This document shows, in pieces, positions 52,501 through 62,100 of a stretch of DNA of 64,000 nt. The notes under the pieces were generated by a model. That model did not search any database. It was not told the DNA's origin and saw only the letters and a list, made by a program, of their open reading frames with translations. Where the stretch lies: contig OY762069.1 of assembly GCA_963665095.1 (NCBI GenBank), positions 2,912,001-2,976,000 of the forward strand. The letters are read 5' to 3'. This stretch comes from an uncultured Desulfobacter sp. (GTDB lineage: Bacteria > Desulfobacterota > Desulfobacteria > Desulfobacterales > Desulfobacteraceae). The translations under genes and the position numbers were made by a program. How positions within the stretch are numbered: position 1 is the stretch's first letter; each line of letters starts with the position of its first letter.

Positions 52501-52733
52501 TGGACACCGCCCTGCATCTCTTCGGATGCACCATGGAAATCAACTTCAGTTAAAACCAGTTTTTTGATGCAGACATCTTTAAAATTCTGCGCCTTCAAAT
52601 CCGCTTCAAGGGCCAAAACCTTCCCAAGCTGGTCCATGGGGAACACACTGGCCTTGTCCAGCCCCACACAAAGGCAGCCTTCGGGTTTCACCCGGATATA
52701 TTCACCGCCGGTTTTTACGATCAGAAGTTCCAT
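52497..52733 (-). CDS. Small hypothetical protein
   Basis: 78 aa; stop overlaps the cobT-fusion start (ATGA). Confidence 0.7.
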   Translation of the reverse strand: MELLIVKTGGEYIRVKPEGCLCVGLDKASVFPMDQLGKVLALEADLKAQNFKDVCIKKLVLTEVDFHGASEEMQGGVQ

Positions 52734-52768
52734 ATCATGACCTTCCTGTTTTCATTATTTTATAAGCC

Positions 52769-53869
52769 TCATACAAGACGATGCAGTTTAGCCAGTCCCA
52801 GTGCAGGATCACTGGTCTGGGTGGTCACCCACTTTTCAAGGGTCTCAAAGGCAGATCCTTTTTCAAGGAGCATGGCAGCTTTTTGAATGCCGCCCTCAAT
52901 ATCAGATGCCTTGCCGGCAGCATAAAAGATCAGACCTGCATTCAAAATCGCAGCATCTTTTCTGGCGCTCTCTTCCTTTCCAGCCATGAGCGCTGCAAAC
53001 CGCCGGGATTCACTGTCCACATCTTTTTCCGGAGCAAGGTCCGCACAATCGTTGGTCTTGATCCCGAATTTGCCCGGATCAATGATGAACTCTTCAATGT
53101 CATCCTGCCCGGACACCCGGGCACAGAAGGTGGGACCGCACACAGAGGCTTCATCCATGCCCTTGTCGGAATCCTGGATGGTCCCGTGCAGAATCACCGC
53201 ACTTTTATACCCGATCTCCTGCATCACTTCTGCCACAGGCTTAATCATTGCTTTTGAGTAGACGCCCCTGACCCCAATAGAGGGCAGCGCCGGATTGGCA
53301 AGGGATGCGGCAATGTTCAGGGTGGAGCCAAAATAGATCCCGGACAGAATCCGGCCCAGGGCATTGGGATGGATATGGGGGCTCATGCCGTTGAACAGGC
53401 CGATACCCGCGGTTTCAATACTTTTTGCCACAACGCCTGCATGGCACTCCACATCGACACCTAGGGCCTCTGCCATATCCACGGTGCCGCACACCGATGT
53501 AATGGCCCTGGATCCATGACGCGCCATGGGGATGCCGCCGGCTGCCGCAATAATGGACGCCGCCGTACTGATGTTAAAGGTTTTGAATGTATCCATGCCT
53601 GTGCCGCTGTTCTCCACAGGGCTTAAGGATGAATCAAGATCCACCCGGGTGGTGTCAAGGTCGTAGATGGCCTGCCAGGCACCGGCAACTTCACCGGCCG
53701 TCTCTCCTTTAGCCGTAAGGGCGGCTAAAAAAGCGCCCTGCTGCATGGGGGTGGTGGCATTGTCAAGAATGGTGCAAAAGGCCTGATGGGCTTGTTCGCG
53801 GGTAAGGGTCTCTTTGTTGATCAGACGGGTAATCACTGCGCCAAAGGCTTTGTCTGTCTGGACGGACAT
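52769..53869 (-). CDS. Anthranilate phosphoribosyltransferase-like (TrpD paralog)
   Basis: GAFLAALTAKGET, SGTGMD, TFNISTA, HG.R, GMDE; AGGAG RBS before MSVQTD. Confidence 0.85.
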   Translation of the reverse strand: MSVQTDKAFGAVITRLINKETLTREQAHQAFCTILDNATTPMQQGAFLAALTAKGETAGEVAGAWQAIYDLDTTRVDLDSSLSPVENSGTGMDTFKTFNISTAASIIAAAGGIPMARHGSRAITSVCGTVDMAEALGVDVECHAGVVAKSIETAGIGLFNGMSPHIHPNALGRILSGIYFGSTLNIAASLANPALPSIGVRGVYSKAMIKPVAEVMQEIGYKSAVILHGTIQDSDKGMDEASVCGPTFCARVSGQDDIEEFIIDPGKFGIKTNDCADLAPEKDVDSESRRFAALMAGKEESARKDAAILNAGLIFYAAGKASDIEGGIQKAAMLLEKGSAFETLEKWVTTQTSDPALGLAKLHRLV

Positions 53870-53934
53870 ATAGGTATTCTCCTGGATAAAACTGTTTTCC
53901 AGGATTGTCCTTCCAGCAATCAATCCTTATAAAC

Positions 53935-54150
53935 TCGCAAGGCAGGCTTTCCGGCTGACGGATCATCCCTTTGGGTTTTGCGCCTTCCCCCTGCAGCCCG
54001 GTATTTCCAAACTGCAAAAGTGGCATCCTGCAAACCCTGGTCCCCGGTCACGGCAACGGCTGGCATGCAACGGATTCTCACCGTTTTTCCTATTATTCGC
54101 TCCTGAACCCCGATAATTTTCCGGTTTTAGAAGCAGACACCTTAACGAAG
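53935..54150 (-). promoter_or_regulatory. Cobalamin riboswitch
   Basis: AGGTG...AATAGGAAAAACGGTGAGAATCCG...GCCGTGA...GCCACT...GGGAAGG...AGCCGGAAAGCCTGCC. Confidence 0.9.
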
Positions 54151-54316
54151 CGGATTTAATATAAGAGGAGAAGATAAATTTGTCAACGAGCCGTTCAAAC
54201 ACCCAATACGGGATTTTCGCTCAGGCAATAGATATTCGGTGGTATCCATCCGTAACATATATTTTTGTCCAATTCCCACAGTGATTTAATATGACCGGGG
54301 GATATATAAGGTCGTC

Positions 54317-55762
54317 CTATATGTTTAACATATCCTTTACATTAATATCGATTCCAAGGACTCCGGCAAACCGATCTTATGCATTCAAAGGAACAGGCAC
54401 GGTAAAACAAAACGCCTTGGTTGCAGAGGACCGATAGACCTCTGAGATAAAGGTGCTGCCAGTTTTGGCAGGCGTGGTATACTAAACCTTTTCTCCCCAG
54501 TCTTTGCCATACCCCTGTTCAAGTCCCTGCTGATCCGCCAACACACGTGCATAGACATTGGAAGAGACCTGTTTGCCAGCAGCATCGGTGACATACCTAA
54601 GCTCGGCAAAGGGCATCCGCTCCAGCAACCGCGCCAACGCCTCATCCCGATCGTCTTTGGAACCTGCCAGAATTGAAGGTTCTCTGGAAGCCTCTTCAAC
54701 GGCTTGGCCTGCTTTCCGGTGGCCGGACAGATGAAACACGCCGCTGATAGGAGCCGTTTCGTCACAAACGGTATTCACCTGCTGCGCAATACCAAAAACG
54801 GTATCTGCATCCCTTACCTGATCCGCCAGGGCCGCTTCAATTTCAATGACATTTGCTGAAACCAGCCTGACATCTTCGGTTTGACGTTCTGCAGCCTCAT
54901 TGATTTCAGCCAGGCCTTCAGCAAGGGCACCAAAATGAGAACAGACATTATTTAAAGCGACATTGGCTTCATTGATCTGCTGCTCGCACGCAGTTACATT
55001 TTGGGCAACCTGCCCTGCGGCTTCAACGGTCCGCGCTATTTTTTCCTGTAGAACATTCAGACGGGTTTGAATATCCTGGGTGGCATTTTTCGACTGGTGG
55101 GCCAGATTTCCGACCTCCTCTGCAATTACTTTGAACCCGCGCCCGTCTTCCTGACCTCTTGCTGCTTCAATTCGGGCGTTTAAAGATAAGATATTGGTTT
55201 CATCAGAGATGCCGTTAATTACATCAATAATGGAACCAATGGAGTCAGAGTTTTCCTTGAGCACCTGAATGGCGTCCGACAGCTCGGTGACCTGCTTTTG
55301 AATATCAGAAAAACCCGCCATGGACAGATCCCCTTTATCAAGTGCATGGGTGACCTCTTTTTCAATCCCTGAAAATGTCTGTGTCAAATTCTGGGTTCGG
55401 CCTGATATTTTTTCTATTCCCTGGGAAATCCTTTGGTCTGCACTTGAAATTTCATTGGCTTTTTCGCTCTGCAGTCTGGCTTTACTTTTGAAATCACCAG
55501 ATATTCTGAACAGGTCCGGCCCCAGCGAGGCAAGGGCGACCACGCTTTTCATAATATTGGTCATTGTATGGTTTAATTTACCGAAAACCAGACCAAAAAT
55601 TGACTGCACCAGGGAATTAACCCCCAACTTACTGAAAAACTCGGGGTCAGCCAGATCCCAGGCCTGATCCAGTCGCGTTTTGAGTACAGCCATATTTGCA
55701 TCTTTTGATACCACCGTCCTATCTTTTAAGAATCCCAAAAATATGTTCCACTCCCTTTGCAT
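54317..55762 (-). pseudogene. Soluble methyl-accepting chemotaxis protein with a C-terminal PDC-like domain and two in-frame stops
   Basis: ETNILSLNARIEAAR; frame continues KV*YTTPAKTGSTFISEVYRSSATKAFCFTVPVPLNA*DRFAGVLGIDIN. Confidence 0.8.
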
Positions 55763-55969
55763 GAGTGTCAGCCCAATATCAGCAAGTCAATTTATACGCA
55801 AAAAAATGCCAGGTGGCACCTTTATTTCAACCCGTTGGAAATGCATCATATTTATTCATTTTCGTTAAAGACCGGTTTGCTCTTTCTTACAATTATCGCT
55901 ATATTTTTCTAGTAAAATTCCATAATCATCATTTTCATTCAGGAAGGAAGGAAAGTGAGAACGCCACAA

Positions 55970-56725
55970 CTACTGCATCCAGATAATGGCTGCTGAAAAG
56001 GCAACTCCCAGGGCGATGACAAAACTTTCTTTCCCGTTGGGGCGGAATTGGGGGGCTGTCCGGTTTTCGCTGTAGCACCGGGCCTGCATGGAAAGACTTA
56101 AGTTGTCTGCGGATTGAAAGGATTTTCTCAACAGGGGCCAGGTCCGGTTGATAAGGCGCTGCAGGGGATTTTTTCTTAAATTTCCACACCTGGCATTGAG
56201 CGCATGGGAAACCTCCCGGGCGTTGATAAGAATCAGGGGAAAAAATTTGAGCGCCAGCCCCATGATTACGGCCACCCGCTGTTCAGGAATAAAGGGCACA
56301 GGCTTGAAAAACCACTGAACAGCAGCCTTGATTTCCATGGGCCGGGTGGTGGTGGTCAATAACAATCCCAGCAGCATGACGTTTAAAAAGCCCAGGGCAA
56401 CCAGACAGCCATCGCAAAGTCCCTGGCGGGTTAGGCAGAATCCGTAGAGGGATACCATGGCATCGCCGGGCGTCGCAGCCAACCTGGATATAAGTATCAA
56501 TAGCAGGAAGAAAAGAAATCCTTTCAGCTGCAAGAAAAGGATAACCGGACCAATCCCCAGCCTCTTGAGTAAAATGATGGAAAGGCCCAGACAGATAACA
56601 TTCCCGGACACCCCTGCCTTGAGCACAGCCAGACTCATCAGGCATACCAGAAAAAGTTTGCTCCGGACATCCAGGGTGTGCAACAGGGTGCCACCGGGAT
56701 AATAGGAAAAGAGCGTCACAGGCAC
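55970..56725 (-). CDS. ECF transporter transmembrane component EcfT/BioN
   Basis: LHTLDVRSK, TTTRP, LNARC, MQARCY. Confidence 0.88.
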   Translation of the reverse strand: MPVTLFSYYPGGTLLHTLDVRSKLFLVCLMSLAVLKAGVSGNVICLGLSIILLKRLGIGPVILFLQLKGFLFFLLLILISRLAATPGDAMVSLYGFCLTRQGLCDGCLVALGFLNVMLLGLLLTTTTRPMEIKAAVQWFFKPVPFIPEQRVAVIMGLALKFFPLILINAREVSHALNARCGNLRKNPLQRLINRTWPLLRKSFQSADNLSLSMQARCYSENRTAPQFRPNGKESFVIALGVAFSAAIIWMQ

Positions 56726-57459
56726 TGTGCCTCTGTCATGGGGGTAAACGGATTTTTCACGCCAAAGGATTCAAGCCTGGGGGCAAGTGTCAAAGGGTCT
56801 CCCTCTTCCACAATCCGGCCTTTGTCCATGATCACCATTTTAGTGGCGAGCGTAATTACCGGTGCCACATCATGGGTGGTCATGACGATGGCGTGGCCGG
56901 CCTGGTGCAGTTCAAGGCAGAGCTTAACCAGGGCGAGCACCGAGGGGTAATCCAGGTTGGCAAAGGGCTCGTCAAAAATAATGAGTTCCGGTTCCATGAC
57001 CAGGATACCGGCAATGGCAAGCCGCCGCTTTTCCCCGCCGGACAGGGTGGCGGGATTTCTGCCCTGCAGATGTTTAAGGCCCAGACGGTCCAGGGTGCGG
57101 CACACTCTGTCGTTGATGTCGCCCCGGTCCATGTTCAGATTTTCCGGGCCAAAGGCGGTCTCCTCAAACACAGTATCCCCGATGATCTGGGTATCCGGGT
57201 CCTGGAACACCATGCCTATTTTTTTTCGGGCCAGCGTAAGATCTTTCCGGATATCCTCTCCGTTAAGCAGCACCCTGCCTGTATTCGGTGTCAAAAGACC
57301 GTTGAAATGGCGGATCAGGGTGGTTTTCCCGCACCCGTTTTTCCCGGCAAGAAGTATAAAATCATCCCGGGCCACGGTCATGGAGATGTTAAATATCCCT
57401 GTCTTTTTTAAATCAAAGGAGTGGCACACATTGTCTATTTCCAGAAACCTTGGATTCAT
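56716..57459 (-). CDS. ECF transporter ATPase EcfA/BioM
   Basis: GKNGCGKTT, VFQDPDTQ, LSGGEKRRLAIAG, FDEP. Confidence 0.92.
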   Translation of the reverse strand: MNPRFLEIDNVCHSFDLKKTGIFNISMTVARDDFILLAGKNGCGKTTLIRHFNGLLTPNTGRVLLNGEDIRKDLTLARKKIGMVFQDPDTQIIGDTVFEETAFGPENLNMDRGDINDRVCRTLDRLGLKHLQGRNPATLSGGEKRRLAIAGILVMEPELIIFDEPFANLDYPSVLALVKLCLELHQAGHAIVMTTHDVAPVITLATKMVIMDKGRIVEEGDPLTLAPRLESFGVKNPFTPMTEAQCL

Positions 57460-57464
57460 GGCCG

Positions 57465-58022
57465 CTACAACCGGATCATCGGACGAAGCTTTCTGGCAAT
57501 CACAACCGCTGCCGCCATTTTAATCACTGCGCCGATAAGAAAAGGATAAAGGCCCACTGTTAAGGTTTTTTCCCAGGAGAGCGCCAGCACATATTTGAGC
57601 CATGGCACCCCCAGCCCATAGATCACAGCCATGCCCGCAATAATGGCCGCAATATCCCGGACCAGGCGTTTACCGTCAGGGCCGGATATGACAGAAGAAA
57701 CAAATGCAGCAGGCAGGTAGGCCAGAAGATATCCGCCCGTGGGGCCGAACACCTTGCCAATACCTGAAGTGCCCCCGGCAAATACAGGCAGTCCTGCAAA
57801 CCCCATAAGCAGATAGACAGCCACGCATCCTGCGGCCCAGGCCGGCGGCAGGATTAAGCCTGCCAGCAGGACAAACATATTCTGAAGCACAATGGGGACA
57901 GGCCCCACTGGTATGGCGATAAAGGCACCCACACTGATCAGGGCAATAAACAGGGCTGAGTAGACAACGGGTCTGGCAGAAACATCCATGGATTTACCAG
58001 TGACTTCAAAATTTTCAGACAT
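57465..58022 (-). CDS. bioY: Biotin ECF S-component BioY
   Basis: PVPIVLQ, GLPVFAGG, GPTGGYL; ATG overlaps the birA stop. Confidence 0.92.
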   Translation of the reverse strand: MSENFEVTGKSMDVSARPVVYSALFIALISVGAFIAIPVGPVPIVLQNMFVLLAGLILPPAWAAGCVAVYLLMGFAGLPVFAGGTSGIGKVFGPTGGYLLAYLPAAFVSSVISGPDGKRLVRDIAAIIAGMAVIYGLGVPWLKYVLALSWEKTLTVGLYPFLIGAVIKMAAAVVIARKLRPMIRL

Positions 58023-58968
58023 GAAAACAATCCCCGTAAATAATTTTCCGGGTGGTACCGTCTTCGCCCCTGACCATAAGCGCGCCGGTGTCATCCACAT
58101 CCAGCGCGGTACCCTCATACACGCAGTCATAGGTCTGAACCTTTACCCTGGCACCAATGGTGGCCGTCCTTTCTTTCCACTGACGAATGATCCGGGCCGG
58201 ATCAATGTCCGTAATTCTGGATTCAAAAAGATCCAGGAACCGGGTCAGAATCTTACTTCTGGATACCGGTTTCCCCAGGGCACGTTTCAGGGAAACAGTC
58301 TGATACTGATCTGAGTCAGGTTCATTGTTTACATTAAGACCGATACCTAAAAGCAGAAACTCCACCATGTCGGCCCGGGTTTCCATCTCAGACAGCATGC
58401 CCGACAACTTTTTACCGTCCAGAAGCAGATCATTGGGCCATTTAACACGGACGTCGAGGTCAAACAGACGGGCCAGCACTTCAGACATGCAGGAGGAGGC
58501 GGCAAAATTCACAGTCCAGGCCAGAGGGGGCGGCAGATCCGGCTTAAGGATCAGGGTAAACCAGAGTCCACCCCGGGCTGAGTGCCATTCCCGGTTCAAC
58601 CGGCCCCTGGACTTTGTCTGCACCTCGGCAATGATACAACTGGCATGTACCGAACCTGAACGGGCCATCTCCCTGGCCTGATCCATGGTGGAGCCAAGTT
58701 CCGGAAAATGAAAAATCCGTTCCTGAAGATGATCGGGAAAGCAGAAAGGGTAAAGCAGATTATCGGGATCCTGAAGCATATACCCGTTTGGCAGCCCCTC
58801 AATATTAACCCCGGCCTGCTGCAGCGCCTTAATGTGTTTCCACACGGCCACCCGTGAGATCCCGGCAGTTTCACTGATAGTCACCCCGGAAACAGCTGTT
58901 CCGGCTGAATGGTACAGCGCCTCAAGAATCTTTTGTCTCTTATCCGGCAGTATTTGGTTAACTTTCAT
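58015..58968 (-). CDS. birA: Bifunctional biotin ligase/repressor
   Basis: N-terminal HTH (SRVAVWKHI), GSTMD, QTKSRGR, KWPNDL..GKKLSG. Confidence 0.95.
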   Translation of the reverse strand: MKVNQILPDKRQKILEALYHSAGTAVSGVTISETAGISRVAVWKHIKALQQAGVNIEGLPNGYMLQDPDNLLYPFCFPDHLQERIFHFPELGSTMDQAREMARSGSVHASCIIAEVQTKSRGRLNREWHSARGGLWFTLILKPDLPPPLAWTVNFAASSCMSEVLARLFDLDVRVKWPNDLLLDGKKLSGMLSEMETRADMVEFLLLGIGLNVNNEPDSDQYQTVSLKRALGKPVSRSKILTRFLDLFESRITDIDPARIIRQWKERTATIGARVKVQTYDCVYEGTALDVDDTGALMVRGEDGTTRKIIYGDCFHV

Positions 58969-58986
58969 AATGCGATATGGTTAACA
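58956..58986 (-). promoter_or_regulatory. BirA operator overlapping the birA start codon
   Basis: TGTTAACC-N15-AGTTAACC. Confidence 0.75.
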
Positions 58987-59158
58987 ACAAATACAGATAA
59001 TAGTCAAGCACAAAGTTTCAAGAAAGCTTTTGTCCCCCCGTGGAAATGCCTCAAATCAGGGAATGTTCAGAAGCAAAAAAAACAGCGCTTAAAGCTTTAC
59101 CGGCAGACCGTTTACAGGTACGTTACCATGGTGTGGCCGGCATCCTTTTTAGGAAAGA

Positions 59159-62100
59159 TCAAATTTCAAAGCCTACAGCAGAGACGTCATCACGGCGTTT
59201 AGCGGCTCCCTGGTAGTCTTTGAAGGTGTTATATATTGCATCGCCCTGTTGTGATACGGGCATATCTTGAACAGACTCAATAAGTTTCATGAAGTGTTTT
59301 TTACCAAAGCCTCTTTGCTTTGGGCCGCCGATCTGGTCAAAAATTCCGTCCGAGGACATGTAAAACCGCAATCCCGGTCTAACCTGCAATACGGTGTTGG
59401 TCCAGGTGGTATCCTGGGTAATGTACCGGTAGCCGATCCCTTTGCGATCTCCTTTAATTTTGCTGACACTGCTTCCGTCAACGCAAAATAATGGAAAACC
59501 TGCACCGGCAAAAATAAGTTTGTCTTTTTTATCAGGAATGAAAAGAACCCCCATTTCCAGACCGTCATCCGAGCAATGGTCATCGTCGCAGGCGCTGAGA
59601 TCCTGAACCAAAATCTGCTGTACAATTTTATGCATGGTGCTGATGAGCCCAGCGGTATCCCCAGGTTCAACGATCATGAGAGCCCTGTCCAAAGCGCCGG
59701 TTGCGATAAGGGTCATAAAAGCACCTGGCACACCGTGCCCTGTACAGTCCCCCAGCAACAGCAAACCGCCCTGCCCCCAGCGACGGCACCAGTAAATGTC
59801 TCCCCCTACCACATCCCTGGGTTCCCAGAGGACGAAATAGTTTCCCAGAATCTCTTGCATTGTCTGCCGGGTGGGAAGCACAGAGCGCTGGATGGTGCCG
59901 GCATAGTTGATGCTGGATTTGATCACCTGGAAGGCATCGTCCCTTTGCTCCCTGAGCTTCTTTCTCTCTGTGATGTCTTCGGACCAGGCGATTACACCGT
60001 TGACCTGGCCGTCCACGTCTTTCCAGGGCACCTTCAACATCCGCCGGAACCGATCCCCATCAGGTGTCTGGGTTACATATTCCGGAATTTCAACAGTTTT
60101 TCCCTGGTTGAGAACCTGATAGTCCAAATCCGTCATATCCGACTGGCTGCCGGCGGCCGGGGCGGCATCCTGGGTTGTACTTTCCTTTTGCAGTTTATTG
60201 ATCAGCCGGAACCTGCCTTCGGGATCCTTGACCGAAAGCCAGAAAGGAAGGCTGTTGATAATGTCTTCCATAAGCTTGTGGGACTTTCTTACCTCTTTTT
60301 CAGCTTTTTTCCTCTCCATGATCTCTTTGCCCAGCCGTCGGTTCCACACCATCACAAAACCGATAACAAGAAAGGCACTTGCGGCAAAAGGTGCCACCCA
60401 CAGAATTATGGTGCGCAGGTCAATACCATAGTTCACCTCAATTGCCATCCAGGCATTTTTTATGGCGCTGCGCTCCTTGTCGTCAATGGTGCCTAACGCC
60501 TTGTCCAGAATAGCCGCCAGTTGCGGCCAGTCCTTACGCACGCCAATGCACAGCTCGAACCGGTATTTTGTCGGTGCGGCTATTTTGATGTCATCCAGCT
60601 TATTGGATTCTATCTCATATGTAATGCTGCCCAAATTACCAACAAACGCGGCAATCTCTTTTCGGCCCAGTACGTTGAGGCCGTCGGCCACACTGTTGCA
60701 GTTAACCAGACTTAAGCCCGGGAAGTCTCTGGTCATAATTTCCCGGGTGATATCATCCGCCACCACACCAATTTTTTTACCCAGAAGATCGGTCAGGCTG
60801 TCAACAAAAGCCCCGTCTTTTCGAGTGGCAATGACAATGGGAAAGGAAATATAGGGCTGGGTAAAGTGAAGGATTTCTTTATGCGCCTCAGTTGGCGTCA
60901 CAGCCGGCAGCACATCCAAATCGCCTGTTTTTATTCCTTCAATGGTCTGTTTCCAGGTCAACCCGCTTATATACACAAAATCAACACCCAGGCGTTTGGA
61001 CAGTGCATCTGTGTACCCAGCAGCGATTCCTGTGAATTGATTATTTTCATCCAGAAATGTGAAGGGTCGCCTGACAAAATCGTCTCCCAGCCTCAGGGTT
61101 CTGTGTTCACTGAGCCAGCGGCGCTCCTTGGGTGTCAGCAGATCGTACAGTTTTCCCTGAAAGCCTTCTAAAAAAGGTAACCAGCGGCGGCGCATTTCCC
61201 GCAGCTCTTCACTGGTGAACGCATCAATCCCTTTTTGAAGGATGTCCCGAAGGACCACATTCTCTTTTAATACGGCCATATGCAGATCGGTCTCTTCCTT
61301 TGTATTCAGCAAGACCTCATCCATTATCCGAATATCAGGTATAACCCGGGTGTCCAGAATGTGGGAAATTACACCCATACTGCCGATAAAGGCATCAACA
61401 TGTTTCAAGGAGACCTCTTTAAGACCTTGCTCCACATTTTTAACAACCTGTTGTGTGATATCGGGGTACCGCTCCTTCATAACATCGGCGGTTGAAAAAT
61501 CGTCCACCACACCGACCGTCATCCCGCTGAGATCCGCCAGGGTTTTAATGTCGGTTCGGTCAGACCTGGCAACAACAACGCACGGATTTGTTGAATACGG
61601 CGATGTAAACGCCATGTATGTTTTCCGGTCCGATGTCATATAAACGGCAGGCAAAATGTCGATCTCTTTGGCTTTAAACTTATCAAGTAATTGCGACCAG
61701 GTATATCCGTTGACAAATTTTAGATCCAAACCCGTCTTCTTTGCCGCCAGACGGATCATATCAATACTCAGGCCTTTTGGCTGACCGTCAACCGCAAAGT
61801 CAAATGGGGGCCAGTCCAGTTCATTGGCAACCACCAGGGGGCGCTTCTTATTCGAAATCCATTTTTTTTCGTCGGAACTCAGGTTTGCCCCGGGTATAAT
61901 AACACTGGTTTCTCCCAGCCACTTTTTCCTGAGCAAAAGAAGTTTTTCCTCCGGGACAGCGGCCATGGCCTTTTCAAGTATTCCCGAAAGCGGGGCAACT
62001 TTCCGGCTTACACCGATATGCAGCGGAATGGGTGCCCCTTCACTGATGCCCAGGTATCCGCCCACCTTTATATTGGTGATCTGGAGCTGGTCCATAAGAT

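Noticed and set aside
59576..60496. 306-aa plus-strand ORF
   Set aside because: Antisense shadow of the PP2C sensor gene
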